From Mustelus asterias (Eukaryota), in NCBI RefSeq assembly GCF_964213995.1, contig NC_135801.1:106764001-106828000 (forward strand): 64,000 nt of DNA, given 5' to 3'. Below the pieces are notes generated by a model, which saw only the letters and a list, made by a program, of their open reading frames with translations, did not search any database and was not told the origin of the DNA. Positions within the stretch are counted from its first letter, which is position 1. Each line of letters opens with the position of its first letter. Position numbers and translations under genes: made by a program. Shown here in pieces: positions 1 to 13,570 of this stretch.

Positions 1-1150
1 TTAGACCTACTTTTCTCCCTTCAAATTGGATGTAAAATTCAAGCATATTGTGGTTGCTGCTACCTAGGGCTGCCTTTACTCTGAGGTCATTAATTAATCC
101 TGTCGCAATACATAGTACCAAGTCTAATATAGCCTGCTCTCTGGTTGTTTCCAGAACATGCTGCACTAAGAAACTATATCAAAAGCATTCTATAAACTCC
201 TAATCCAGGTTACTACTGCCAATCTGATTTTTCTAATTTATATGTAGATTAAAATTACCCATGATTATTACCATCCCTTTATCCCAAGCCCCAAATATTT
301 CTTCTTGTATACTTTGTCCTACATTGTGGTTATTATTAGGAGCTCTGAGCACCACTCTCACAAGTGACTTCTTTCCCCTAGTATTCCACATCCACAAACT
401 GATTCTACATCCTGATCTTCTGAACCAAAGCCATCTCTAACTATTGCACCAATGCCATTTTTGATTAGCTGTGCTAACCCTTCACATTTACTCGCTTCCT
501 GTTCTTCTTGAATGTCGTCATAACCCTGAACATTCAGGACCCAACTCTCATCATCCTGCAGCCATGTCTCCATAATGGCCATTAAATCATATTGATTTAC
601 TTCAACATGTGCTCTCAATTTGTTTATTTTGTTATGAATGCTACGCAAATCCAGGTACAGAGCCTTTAGTTTTGTCTTTTTGTTATATTTCAAATATAAC
701 AATTTTTTGCAAAGTCTGAGGTACCTCTACTACTGTCTGCTCACTCTTTACCAGCCTCACTCACTGTCACATCACCCTGTCCCTCACTGCTGACCAAAGT
801 AGGCGATCCTATTCTAAGAGGTGTCTTCTGGAACAACGTATCCAGGTATTTCTCTCCCTCCCTTAGCATAGTGTCTGCAGTTCGGTTTCTATATCAATAA
901 TCTTGATCCGGAATTCCTCTAGCTACTTACACTTTCTCCAGGTGTGTTTGTCCTGGATTGCCTTGGTGTCCAGAAGCTCCTACATTCCACAGCTGCAACA
1001 TAACTTCTGTCCTGTTATTTTTACTTATGTCATTAAGTTAACGTAATTTAATTATTTTCTTAATTAACTAAGAATAATTCTTAAGTTACCACACTGTTTT
1101 ACCCTATGCACCGAATTCCCATGTCAACCTAATTCGTTACTCACTCGGTT
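1..1150 (-). mobile_element. Degraded CR1 LINE, 5' part (ORF1 remnant and ORF2 apurinic-type endonuclease)
   Basis: ORF 358..702(-) LYLDLRSIHNKINKLRAHVEVNQYDLMAIMETWLQ resembles the CR1 endonuclease N-terminus. Similar sequence occurs at 9500-9750 and 41700-41830. Confidence 0.8.
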
Positions 1151-1159
1151 TCCATCTCA

Positions 1160-2720
1160 CTCGGGTATCTCTTGTTTCCTTGCGCACCTCTTGCTTATCA
1201 ATCTAATTTGAGCTCGGTAGATGGACACACCTCGTTGAAAGATGGATGGAAAAAGCCCATTACGTATGCCTGCAGGACCATTTCGAATGTGGAGCAAAGG
1301 TATTCTCAAATTGAAAAGGAAGGGTTGGCAGTCGTATTTGGTGTGAAGAAATTCCATCAGCACATCTACAATCTATGGTGACTCTGAACATTTTGGAGAC
1401 CTTGCCAGTGTTAGCAAGGCAGATTAAAGCCTGGACCCACAAAGATCTAACCTTATCCGAAATGAGGCACACGATCCTAAATAGTAGATTCCAAGGACAA
1501 CCTTCCAAAGAAATGAAACCCTACCTCATTAAGAAGGCTGAACTTTGTGTTCAGGACGGCATCCAATGTTAATGGAACCAAGTAATGGCCACCCAGGAGT
1601 ATCAGAAATGAAGATGCTGAAGTTATGTCTGGTGGCCCAGTCTTGATTCTGACTGACATCACAGACTTGGTGAAGCGATGTGATCTGTACCAGGAAAATC
1701 AAAAACTCCCAACTTCAGCCTCTCTACATCATTGGAAGTGCCCTGGTGGGTCAGGAGTGCATGTGCATGTAAATTTTGTGGGCCCCTTTGTAGGTTCCAT
1801 CTTTTTAATCATGGTGGAGGCACACTCCAAGTGGTTGGAGGGGCACCGGATTGGCACCATGACTTCTCAAACTACAAGCAAGAAATTACGACAAAGCTTC
1901 AGTGTACATGGATTACTGGAAGTTCTGGTTTCTGATAACAGCACAGCCTTTAATATCAGTGAATTCCAGAAATTCGTGCTCTCCAATAATATCTGACATG
2001 TCTGAACTGCACCTTATCACCAGTTGTCAAATGGACTGGCAGAAGGGGCAGTTCAAACCTTCAAAAATGGTATGAAAAACAAGCAGCATCCGTGGAGACT
2101 AAACTGGCACGATTTTTGTTCGATACAGGACCTCACCATACAAACAACAGGTGTTGCTCCAGTGGACGAGCACTTTGTACCATATTAAGTCTGCTATTCC
2201 CAAACTTGGCGGAGAGCGTGGAGTCCCACCAGGAAAACCCAAAAATAAATTGTGATTCTTCAAGGACAGAAAGAACTTTTACAACGAGTGATCTGGTTCA
2301 TGTAAAGAACTACGGGGATGATCCCTGAAATTATTATGGAGAAAACAAGACCAGTATCTTACAAGGTCAAAGTTCAGGGTGAAACACTAAAGAAGCACTT
2401 GTCCAAGCAGCCCCTGCTCCTGGACATGAAGATAGCTGCTGCCAGTGCCAGCCCTCAGCTCAAAGCAGAGTCCGCGTTGATCGTTTTGGATAGTGAAGGT
2501 ACGGGACTCGGAGGTGGAGGCTGTGGAAGTGGGTCTCTGGGCTGAAGTGGAACCTGAGGAGGAAGCCGCATTGGGAACCCTGTAATGCTCCGTCCAAAAG
2601 AAAAGGTCCCCTGTTTGGTTAACACTACCTGACTCAACCCCATCTTTAACGGATGTCCAACAGAGCAGCAAGCAATGGAAAGGACCTCCTCACAGTAGGG
2701 GTGCTGGGGGAGATGCGGAC
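1160..2720 (+). mobile_element. Gypsy-type LTR retrotransposon pol remnant (RNase H and integrase), frameshifted
   Basis: KPITYACRTISNVEQRYSQIEKEGLAVVFGVKKFHQH (RNase H). VHVNFVGPFVGSIFLIMVEAHSKWLE...FSVHGLLEVLVSDNSTAF (rve integrase core). Multiple stops. Confidence 0.85.
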
Positions 2721-2899
2721 CTAAGGCAGGATGGATGTTATGATGGCCACCAAGGCCACAGGGGATCATCAAAACATTTCCCTGTGAGCTTCGTGGAGGC
2801 TCACCCAATGGGAAGCAGTCAGCTGGGCCTTTTAAGTCTGTAACTTACCCGCACCACTGTTATAGGTCCTTAGGTGAAGCTACCAGACTGTGAGCTGCA

Positions 2900-3710
2900 A
2901 GCACGGCCCTTTCCTTTGGTGCACATGTCATCTTCCGTGTCATCTTCCCGAAGTTCTGGTAAAGAGAAACCTAGGCCCCAGCAGGTGGCGAAGACCTGTC
3001 ATGTCCAACCACCGATGAACACCAAGGACAAGACAACTTAAGACCAATGGTCAGAGTCTTTGACCGACCCAGGCGTCGAAGACTGGATACAATGTGCTTC
3101 ATTGAACTCCCTTCAAATCAAGATTGTGAAAGCATGGCAGCCGGTTCTCAAAGGGAATTCATCCCTAAGTCCCCTCGGGAGACCGGGCACACGGATACTT
3201 CTCCTGCGCATCCCCCCGAATCAACCAGGATGTTCAACATACCATTCAGCTGGATTTTTCAGAACTGAAGGTGAGACTCCAATGAGGAAACCGTTCTCTC
3301 GACTGATGGGATTCTGCTTCTCTGCTTCTTTCATTCTCTTTAGGATGTCTCGCAGTTCATCAATGTGATCCCCAAGTCTGTGCAGGGGAGCTGAGACCAT
3401 CGTCCACAACTTCACTTTCAATGGCAGCCATCACCTCAATGCTTACGACACTGCCAAAGTGTCGGCATCGCCACCAGCAATACCATCACTGTGAACTAGG
3501 CTCCATCCCAGCTGTCTCCGACCATTTCAATCAAATGAGGCTGTCCTTGACTTAACTCAGTTCCCGTCACCAAAACGTACCCAGGATCTTCCAGGAAAGA
3601 GATTATACACATTGGGATCAAATAATTATGGGTTGTGCATCAGGATAAAAAACAGGATTCAATGATGAGTAGCGCCAGAGCTTGCGAAAATGCAGCCGTT
3701 CCTGTGCTTA
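2900..3710 (-). mobile_element. Possible L1/Tx1-clade LINE 5' end / ORF1 remnant
   Basis: Fragment IDELRDILKRMKEAEKQNPISRENGFLIG... loosely resembles the L1-type ORF1 coiled-coil/RRM junction. Heavily decayed. Confidence 0.35.
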
Positions 3711-4601
3711 TATTATGTGACCCCCTTGCTTTTCATTTTGATAGCAACAGAGAAGGTGGTGGAAGACCCATCACCTGGAGCTCAAGTGAGTGACCAACTG
3801 AATGGCCAATTAAGGGCTACCTCCAGCCTGTGCTGCATTTTACTAGCACAGTGGGACCCTCTGCTGCTGTTGACAAGGTGTGGCCTGGATCCTGCTGTCC
3901 GCGCAAAGGGATTGCCCTCTGCCTTCAGCCCCATGGTGGAATCCCTGCAACAACACTAAATTCTGGTCAACCTGAGCTCTCAAGCCTCATCAGAGTCTTG
4001 TATGTTTAATTGAGATAATCTTTTATTCTTTTGGAGAGTAGTGATCCAATGGGAGGCCCATTAGCTTGGGCCTCTAGGTTATTAGCACAGCGACAGTATT
4101 ACTACGTCACTGTCTCCCCTCAGTGTGAGTTTTGCATGCTGATGTTTTGGACTTTACCAATATGATGGGTGGCATACTTTGAGCTTATAATGAATGTACA
4201 TTTGGTATCTGCTATATTAAACCCCTACAAAGTCATTTAGCTCTCAATAAATGGACTTGTCATGACTGAACAGCACAAGATAACATGAGACATTCCACTT
4301 CCGGAGCAGGATCACAGCAGTAGAAACTGGGCACAGTGCATATCTTATTTTTGAAGAAAATGTAAACATTCCCTCTCAGTTGAGTTGCACTACAGCTATA
4401 TCCTTGGTTAAGAATGGATGCTTAATTCAGGTATTAGATTTTTTCCAGCACATATTGCCCATCTTCAGTTGCTGTTGAGAAGATGGTGGTGAGCTGCCTT
4501 CTTGTACTGATGCAGGCCACATGGTGTAGATATGTCCACAGTTCAGTTCAGGAGGGTATTCCATAATTTTGACCCAGTGACTGTGAAGGAATGGACATAT
4601 A

Positions 4602-4727
4602 GGGTGGGACTCTATGGCCTCACTTGTCCCGAAACTGTAAAATCCCGCCCAAGGTCAACGGAGCTTCCCATTGTCCGCCCCTTGCCCGCTCCGATTCCCG
4701 TGGTGGACGGGGCGTAAAATTCTGGCC
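4602..4727. mobile_element. MITE, PIF/Harbinger-like, inserted in a LINE 3' fragment
   Basis: Imperfect TIRs (GGGTGGGACTCTA...TAAAATTCTGGCC) and a 3-bp TSD ATA (4599-4601 / 4728-4730). A related copy at ~59214-59340 shares AAAATCCCGCCC.AGGTCAACGGA. Confidence 0.6.
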
Positions 4728-4823
4728 ATAGTTTCAAGTCAGGAAGGTGTGTAGCTTGGAGGGGAACTTGCAGGAATATTCCATTACACTTTTGACATAT
4801 CCCTTATACGAACATACAAACAT

Positions 4824-6040
4824 TGTGACTTTAGTGTACCTTTAAGAAAGGTTTTTTTCAAAACAATCCTGTTCTCTGGAGTTATAAGCAGATCTTTTTC
4901 AGTTTGCTTTCATTGCTGCCAAGTTGTCTACAAGGGATTCTTTATTGCTACTTCAAAAACTCAAATGGGGTCTGTTTATTTTAACTCTGGATTGTTTTAC
5001 GATCCTGCATTGTTAGGAGGACGGTCATGTGTTTCTGGACAGTTTTTTATCCCTTTCCAGTGAGTTTAAGGTTTCATTTTCTGTTTGGCTGCAGTTAGAA
5101 TGGAGTTTTAGAAGGGGCAGCAAGCTGAAAAGAAGTCTCGCTCTCTCCCTGGTTTTGGAAATTCTACTGGTTAGGTGAAAGCTAGGTCTTGCCTTTCTGA
5201 AGAGGGGAATCGGCTGTTGGGGCTTGCCTAGAGGATCCCTGGTGTTTTGGGAAGCTGTTCTGACTTCAAACTGTTCTGAGTCTATCCAGAGAACTGCGGA
5301 CTACATCCAAATGACTCAATCCCAGTACCATGTGAGCATTACTCTTCACTGTATTAAACCTCTGAAAAGGGTCTTTTGTCTACGGGATTGGTTTGATTGG
5401 AACACAGTAGATATATCTGTTAAGGGTTATACATTATAGTGGTTGTTTTATTTCATGTTTGTAATTGATAAAAGTTCTTGTTAATTTTCTTACTATACAT
5501 GTTAACAAAATCTTTAAAAGTCTCTGTTTGATAAAAGCTCCCTAGTGAAATGGTTTGAGTTATAAGGAGAGGCTGGATAGATTGGGACTTTTTTCCCTGC
5601 AGCGCAGGAGGCTTGTCGATCTTATAGAGGTCTATAAAATAATGAGGGGCACAGATAAAGTAGATAGTCAACATCTTTTCCCAAAGGTAGGGGAGTCGGA
5701 AACTAGCTTTAAGGTGAGAGGGGAGAGTTACATAAGGGTCCAGAGGGGCACTTTTTTCACTCAGAGGGTGGTGAGTCTGGAATGAGCTGCCAGATGTAGT
5801 AGTAGAGGCGGGTACAATTTTGTCTTTTAAAAAGCATTTAGACAGTTACATGGGTAAGATGAGTATAGAGGGATATGGGCCAAATGTGGGCAATTGGGAC
5901 TAGCTTAGTGGTAAAAACTAGACGGCATGGACAAGTTGGGCCGAAAGGCTCAATGCTGTAAACCTCTATGACTCTAGTGAATCATTTGAATCACACCTGA
6001 AGTGAAACATATCATGCTTATCCTAACCAAATTCAAGATG
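4824..6040 (+). mobile_element. LTR-like repeat interrupted by a CR1 3' fragment
   Basis: Starts TGTGA..GTGTACCTTTAAGAAA, like the element starting at ~63041 (TGTGA..CTGTGCCTTTAAGAAA). Sequence resumes after the CR1 insert at the repeated TAGTGAA. Confidence 0.4.
5551..5975 (+). mobile_element. 5'-truncated CR1 3' end
   Basis: SYKERLDRLGLFSLQRRRL..DLIEVYKIMRG is the CR1 ORF2 C-terminus. Tail CTCTATGACTC. Flanking repeat TAGTGAA. Same subfamily as 40752-41289. Confidence 0.9.
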
Positions 6041-6047
6041 CAAAACT

Positions 6048-7127
6048 TACAGAAAGCAAAGAGTGGGGGTAAATGGGTGTTTTTCTGGTTGGCGATCAGT
6101 GACTAGTGGTGTGCCTCAGGGATCAGTATTGGGACCGCAATTGTTTACGATTTACATAGATGATTTGGAGTTGGGGACCAAGTGTAGTGTGTCAAAATTT
6201 GCAGATGACACTAAGATGGGTGGCAGAGCAAATTGTGCAGAGGACACTGAAAGTCTGCAAAGGGATATAGATAGTCTAAGTGAGTGGGTGAGGGTCTGGC
6301 AGATGGAGTACAATGTTGGTAAATGTGAGGTCATCCATTTTGGTAGGAATAACAGCAGAATGGACTATTGTTTAAATGGTAAAAAATTACAGCATGCTGC
6401 TGTGCAGAGGGACCTCGGTGTCCTTGTGCAGGAATCTCAAGGAGTTGGTTTGCAGGTGCAGCAGGTAATTAAGAAGGCAAATGGTATTTTGTCCTTCATT
6501 GCTAGAGGGATGGAGTTTAAAAACAGCGAGGTTATGTTGCAGCTGTATAAGGTGCTGGTGAAGCCACACCTGGAGTACTGTGTACAGTTTTGGTCTCCTT
6601 ACTTGAGAAAGGATATACTGGCACTGGAGGGGGTGCAGAGGAGATTCAGTAGGTTAATTCCAGAGTTGAGAGGGTTGGCTTATGAGGAGAGACTGAGTAG
6701 ACTGGGGCTATACTCATTGGAATTCAGAAGAATGAGAGATCTTACAGAAACATACAAGATTATGAAGGGAATAGATAAGATAGAAGCAGGGAAGTTGTTT
6801 CCACTGGCGGGTGAAACTAGAACTAGGGGGCATAGCCTCAAAATAAGGGGAAGCAGATTTAGGACTGAGTTGAGGAGGAACATCTTCACACAAAGGGTTG
6901 TGAATCTGTGGAATTCCCTGCCCAGTGAAGCAGTTGAGGATATCTCATTGAATGATTTAAGGCAAGGATAGATACATTTTTGAACAGTAAAGGAATTAAG
7001 GGTTATGGTGAGCGGGCGGGTAAGTGGAGCTGAGTCCATGAAAAGATCAGTCATGATCTTATTGAATGGCGGAACAGGCTCGAGGGGCCAGATGGCCTAC
7101 TCCTGCTCCTAGTTCTTATGTTCTTAT
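6048..7127 (+). mobile_element. Young 5'-truncated CR1 with open RT C-terminal frame (6063-6971)
   Basis: VTSGVPQGSVLGPQLFTIYIDDL...SKFADDTKMGG RT motifs, 302 aa uninterrupted, CR1 3' hairpin and TTCTTATGTTCTTAT tail. Confidence 0.95.
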
Positions 7128-7183
7128 CTAGGCGGGCTTCATAAAACACTTTGAAGTTTCTGACCTGAACTATAACAATAACC

Positions 7184-7706
7184 CTTGTCAGACCCCACTT
7201 GGAGTACTGTGCTCAGTTCTGGTCGCCTCATTACAGGAAGGATGTGGAAAAGATTGAAAGGGTGCAGAGGCGATTTACAAGGATGTTGCCTGGATTGAGT
7301 GGCATGCCTTATGAGGATAGGCTGAGGGAGCTCGGTCTTTTCTCCTTGGAGCGACGTAGGATGAGAGGAGACCTAATAGAGGTATATAAGATGTTGAGAG
7401 GCATAGATTGGGTGGACTCTCAGAGGCTTTTTCCCAGGGTGGAAATGGCTGCTACGAGAGGACACAGGTTTAAGGTGCTGGGATGTAGGTACAGGGGAAA
7501 TGTTAGGGGGAAGTGGGCGAGTGGAATCGGCTGCCGTCAGTGGTGGTGGAGGCAAACTCAATAGGGTCTTTTAAGAGACCCCTGGATGAGTACATGGGAC
7601 TTAATAGGATGGAGGGTTATAGGTCGGCCTAAAAGGTAGGGATATGTTCGGCACAACTTGTGGGGCCGAAGGGCCTGTTTTGTGCTGTAGTTTTCTATGT
7701 TTCTAT
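7184..7706 (+). mobile_element. CR1 3' fragment (different subfamily)
   Basis: EYCAQFWSPHYRKDVEKIERVQRRFTRMLPGL; tail TTTTCTATGTTTCTAT. Confidence 0.9.
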
Positions 7707-10700
7707 TACAAAGTAAGAGCAGCGTCGGCCACTCAGCCCCTCGATCCTGCTCTGTCATTCAATAAGATCATGGCTGATCTGATTGTAACTTCAACCCTGT
7801 ATTCCTGACTGCCCTTTCGAGTCCCTTGTTAATCAAGAATTTATCTGATTCTGCCTTAAAAATATTCAAAGACTCTGCTTCCACCATCTTTTGAGGAAGA
7901 GAGTTCCAAACACACACAACTCTTTGAGAGAAAAAAGTTCTCCTCATCTCTGTGTTAAATGACCAATACCACATTTTTAAACAGTGACTCTTAACTCTTG
8001 ATTCTCTGACAAGAGGAAACACTCTCTCCATATCCACCCTGTCAAGACCCCTCAGGATCTTATATATTTCGATCAAATCACCTTCTGAACTCAAGCAGAT
8101 ACCCAAGTCTAATCTATCCAAACTTTCCTGGTGTTAGTCTAGTAAAGCTCCTGAACTACTTCTAACACATTTACATCTTTCCTTAAATAAGGAGACTGAT
8201 ACTGTATACAGTATTTCAGATGTGACCTCACCAGTGCCCTGTACAACTGAAGCAGAACCTCCCTACCTTTGTAATCAATTTGTCTCATCATAAACAATAA
8301 CATTCTAGTAGCTTTCCTAATTACTTAAGTACTTGCATGCTAGTCTTTTGTGATTGATGCACCAGTATACCTATGAATCTCAGAGGTCTGCAATCTCTCA
8401 CCATTTAGTCAATTAGTTTATTTTTTATTCTTTCTGCCAAAATAGACCCATTTCACATTTTCCCACATTATGCCCCATTTGCCAGATCTTTATTCACTTA
8501 CTTAACCTATCTATGTTCCTTTGTGGTCTCCTTGTGTTCTCTTCACAACTTACTTTCCTATCTATCTTTGTCTCATCAGCAAATTTCGCAACCATACCTT
8601 TGCTCCCTTAATCCTTTTCCTCTTAAATAAATGACTTAAATTTACTACTTGTTGACCTAATGAAACCTTTCTCAAATATAAGGAAGTTTGAAAAATTGAA
8701 ACCAACGCATCAACTATCTCACTAGCCACTTCTTTCAAGACCCTAAGATGAAGTCCATTAGAAGCCAGGGATTAGTCAGCCCCAACAGTTTGCTCAATAC
8801 CAATTTTCAGTGATTGTAATTTTCCTGAGTTCCTCTCTCCGTTCCATTTCCTGATTTACAGTTATTTCTAGGATGTTACTTGTATCCTCTATAGTGAATA
8901 CTGATGCAAAATACCTGTCCAATTCATCTACTATCTTCCTACTTTACATTGTTAATTGTCCAGACACACTTTCTATAGGACCAATACTCACTCTTACTAT
9001 CCATCTTTATATTTCTAGCCCATCTGATTTTCCTAGTGTTTATGTAAATTAAATTCCCCATGATACCACCGTACCTTTCTGCCAGGCTCCCATTATCTCT
9101 TTTATGCTCTGTCCTATTATGTAGTTATAATTAAGGGGCCTATTCACCACTTCCACAAGTGACTATTTCTCTCCATGTCTGCGTGGGTTTCATCCGGATG
9201 CTCCAATTTCCTCCCATAGTCCAAGGATGTTCAGGTTAGGTGATTGGCCATGCTAAATTACCCCTTTAATGTCCAAGGCTTTGTAGGTTAGGTGGATTAG
9301 CCATGGTAAATGCACAGGATTATGGGGATAAGGTGGGGGTGGGCCTGGATCAGATGCTCTTTGGGAGAGACGGCGCAAACTCGATGGGCCAAATGGCTTC
9401 CTTCTGCACTGTAAGGATTCTATGATTCTATTTGCTTTTTTCATTTCTCATCTCAACCTAAACCGCTTCTACATCCTGGTTTCCAGAATATGGGTCACCC
9501 TCTCTAATGTGCTAATAAAACCATTAATTAATAGAGCCACTCTGCATCTTTTCCTAACTTCCTGTCTTTCGTAAATGTCAAATACCTTCGATATTCAGAT
9601 TCCAATCTATGTTATCCTGTAGCCGTGACTCTGCAATGGCTCAGATTGTACTTACTAATTTCTATTTGCTCTATCAGTTCATCTTTTTTTTCAAATGCTA
9701 AACGCATTTAGGTACAGAGCCTTTAGTTTTGTTATTATTTAATCATAGCCTTATCCATTGATTTAATCTTTGATTTGCACTCTCTGTCCCTTCCAGTCAT
9801 GGTCTGCTTATAATTTCCCACAACAGTACCTTTCACTCTTGCCTTGTCTCCATCCTTTGGTTTACCACATCTTCCCAAATTTCATCCCTTGCCCTCACTA
9901 ATTAGGTTAAAATCCTCAACTTCCCTAGATACGCAGCTTGCTAGAACATCAGCCCCAGCACGGTGCAGGTGTAGACCATACCAGCTTTACAGATCCCATT
10001 TCCCCAATACTGGTGCCAGTACTGCACAAACTGGAACCCACTTCTCCAACTCCTGTCTTTGAGTGATGCATTCATTTCTCTAATCTTATTTGTCCTATGC
10101 CAATTTGCATGTGGCCCAGAGAATAATCTAGAAATGAATACCACTGAGGTTCTGCTTCTTAATTTGGAGCCAAGTTCCTCATACTGACTATGCAGAATCT
10201 CCTTCCTCATTCTGGCTATCTCGTTGGTACCTACATGTACACAACCACTGGATCCTCCCTCTTCCACTGCACATTCCTCTTCAACCTTGGCATTGGACAG
10301 GCATCTGCAGACTCGCTCTTTGCTGCAGTGAACAGTGTCAATCCCCCATACTATACTGTCACCTACTACCACGATATTACTTTATGCTTCCTCCATTTGA
10401 ATAATGGGTATATTCACCCCTCCCCCAACATCTCCATTTTAGCTTCTCTACCGTTTGGCCATTCACACCCAAACTTGTTGGATAATCTGGAAGCTGACAA
10501 TCCTGCAGTCTGCCTTCTCAGTCCCCTTAGCTGCCTTAACTGCAGTCACCTCCAGCTGCTCCTGACCACCTTCCAAATCAGAAGATTCTATTCTAAGAGG
10601 TGTGGCTGCTGACTGGTACAAAGAACAACAAAGAACAAAACAGCACAGGAACAGGCCCTTCGGCCCTCCAAGCCCGCGCTGCTTCCTGGTCCAAACTAGA

Positions 10701-11030
10701 CCATTCTTTTGTATCCCTCCATTCCCACTCCGTTCATGTAGCTATCTAGATAAGTCTTAAACGTTCCCAGTGTGTCCGCCTCCACCACCTTGCCCGGCAG
10801 CGCATTCCAGGCCCCCAGTATCCAGGTAACTCTCAACCTCCCTGCTATGTCACAGTGTCTGCAGCTCCGCTCCCAGCTAAATGACGCTGAGCCAAGTTCC
10901 TCAAGCTGTAGGCACTTATTGAAGATGTGTTTGCCTTGGATCACACTGGAATCTGGCAGCTCCTACATGCTGCAGCCATGACACATCACCTGTCCTTCTA
11001 TATTTATGTGCTTTAATTAATTACTTAATT
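7707..11030 (-). mobile_element. Decayed, internally deleted long CR1 (ORF1 zinc finger and SGNH esterase, ORF2 pieces) with nested inserts
   Basis: ORF 9941..10372(-) VVGDSIVWGID...VHVGTNEI (GDS esterase of CR1 ORF1). KHIFNKCLQLEEL at ~10900. ORF2 C-terminus 7768..8121(-). A nested CR1 tail lies at ~10620-10816. Confidence 0.8.
9172..9428 (+). mobile_element. 5'-truncated HE1-type SINE
   Basis: CATGTCTGCGTGGGTTTCATCCGGATGCTCC...TCCCATAGTCCAAGGATG core and CTTCTGCACTGTAAGGATTCTATGA CR1-type tail. Confidence 0.8.
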
Positions 11031-12104
11031 AGTTAGCTGTTTGACAGCCTTTCAGGAGTCAGGAGGTGAGTTACTTGCCACAGAATTCTCAGTAGCCAGA
11101 GTATTTATATGGCTGGTCCAGTTCAGTTTTTGATCGGTGATTACTTACAGGATGTTGATGGTGGGGGATTCAGTAATGGTAGTGCCATTGAATGTCAAGG
11201 CTGAAAGTTAGATTCTCTCTTGCTAGAGATAGTCATTATTTGGCAATTGTGCTGTGTAGATTTTACAGCCCAAACCTGAAAGCTGTCTAGGTCTTCCTAC
11301 TTGCAAACAGGGACTCTTTCAGTATCTGTATTAAAATGTAACCAACGTTAACATTGGATCTGTTGTGTGATCAATGGTAACATGGTAGACTATGAAACCA
11401 ATGACAAAATGATGTGGTGGTCAGATGACTAGCTGACTCTGTAAATAAGCAGCAGTTGGGAATTATGGAGAGCTTGGATGGCCCAGGGTGTGGCTTCAAG
11501 TGTTGGAGTAATGAATTTTTAAAATTAAACCTTTTTCTTTGATTTACTTATTGGAGTAAGTTTTTGTTTTACTTTTTCTTCTGCTGGATGAACATCTGGG
11601 GAATGTGAATGGTATTGAACACCTTGGAATAATGAGCAAACACCTCCACCTGTGACCTTATGATGGAGAGGTGGCCAATGATGAAGCAGCTAAAGAGGGT
11701 TGGTGCTTAACAATCTATGTATCACTCTACTAAATCTATGCTGCAGTCCCTTCAAGGCCAATATACTATCATAAGGTGTGATCCTAGGTTTGCTCACAGT
11801 ATGCCAAGTGTGATCGGAGCAGGGCTTTGTACAGCTGAATCATGATTTCTGTTCCGCTGGATATAAAGGCCAGCATTTTCTTTGATTATTTTGCGTTTCT
11901 GTTCCTGACATTTGAATGATCTATATACCTAGACCTCCCCCCCCCCCAGTGTTTCTAACTTTCCACCATTTGTTTCTCTTTCCTTCTGCATGAATTCCAC
12001 AACTTAAATGACATATTGGCATATGCAACCAAATCATAGTTCAGTAAACTTTTATAAAAAGTATTGATGAAAGTATTGCCCTTTAGTTCAATAGCTATGA
12101 TATA

Positions 12105-13570
12105 GGAACATAGGACGTAGGAGGAGGAATAGATCATTTGGCCCTTCAAGCCTGCTCTGCCATTCGATAAGATCATGGCCGATCATAAGGTGAACCTTCT
12201 TTGAAGTACATCTACAACATTATATGCTTTTTCAAATAAGAAGACCCAGACTGTTCACAGTACTCCTGATGTAGACTCACCAAGGCGCACAAGCAACAAA
12301 TCTTCCCTACTTTTCTATTCCATTCTCTTTACAATAAATGGCAGCATTCCATTTGCCTTCCTAATCACTTACAGTATCTGGGTGCTAATATTTTGTGATT
12401 CATGTACCAGGATGCCCAGATCTCTCTGTACCTAAGAGTTTTGTGATCTAGCTCAATTTAAATAGTATACTGCTTTCCTATTCTTCCTGCATAAATGGAC
12501 ATATTCACATTTTCTCATCTTATACACCACCTGCCAATGTTTTGCCCACTCACTTAACCTATCTATATCCTTTTGTAGACTTCTCCTCTTGACTACTCCA
12601 TTTCCTACCTGTCAACAAAGACCCATTTAGCCCCACTATCATCTTCTTGTTAGTTAACTAGTCCATTATCTATGCTAATGTGTTAAGCCCTACACAAGGA
12701 GCTCTTATTATGTGCAGTAACCCTCAATGTGGCACCTTATCAAATGTATTTTGGAAATCCAAGTACACCACATATACAGGTTCTCCTTTATCCACGTTGC
12801 TTGTTATTGCCTCAAAGAATTCTAATAAATTAGTTAAATACAATTTCCCTTTCACAAATTTACATTGACTCTGCCTGATCCCATTATGATTTTCTAAGCA
12901 TGCTTCTATAATCTCCTTAATAATGGATTCTAACGATTTCCCTAGGGCAGATTTTAGATTAACTGGCCTCGAGTTTCCTGCTTTCTGTTTCCCTCCTTTC
13001 TTGAATAAAGGTGTAACATTTGCTATTTTCCAATCTATTGGGACTGTTTCAGAATGTTAGAACATAGAACGGTAGAGAAAAGGAACATGCCCTTGGGCCC
13101 ATGATGTTATGCTGAACATGATGCCAAATTTAGCTAATCCCTGCCCTTGCTCCATATCCCTCTATTCCTTGCATAGTCATGTGCTTACTTAAAAGCCCCT
13201 TAAATGCCTGCACCACCACCCCGACAGTATGTTTCAGATACCTACCACTCTGTGTAAAAAAAACTTGCCCCTCACATCTCTTTTGAACTTTCCCCCTCTC
13301 ACCTAAAGTGCATGCCCCGAAGTATTAGATATTTCAACTCTGGGGAAAAAAAAAATCTGACTGTCAACCCTATCTATGCCCCTCAATTTTATAGACTTCT
13401 GTCAGATCTCCCCTCAGCCTCCGCTGTTCCAGAGAAAATAACCCTAGTTTATCCAGCCTCACCTTATAGTTTATACCCTCTAATCCAGGCAGCATCCTGA
13501 TAAACCTCTTTTACATGCTCTCCACATCCTCCTTGTAATGTGGTGACCAAAATTGAATGCAATACTCTAG
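12105..13570 (-). mobile_element. Cluster of CR1 ORF2 and 3' fragments
   Basis: Reverse-complement CR1 tails (ATAGGAACATAGG at ~12102, AGAACATAGAAC at ~13059) and RT segments. Confidence 0.75.

Noticed and set aside
6063-6971. Host protein-coding gene (longest ORF)
   Set aside because: It is a 5'-truncated CR1 reverse transcriptase with a CR1 tail.
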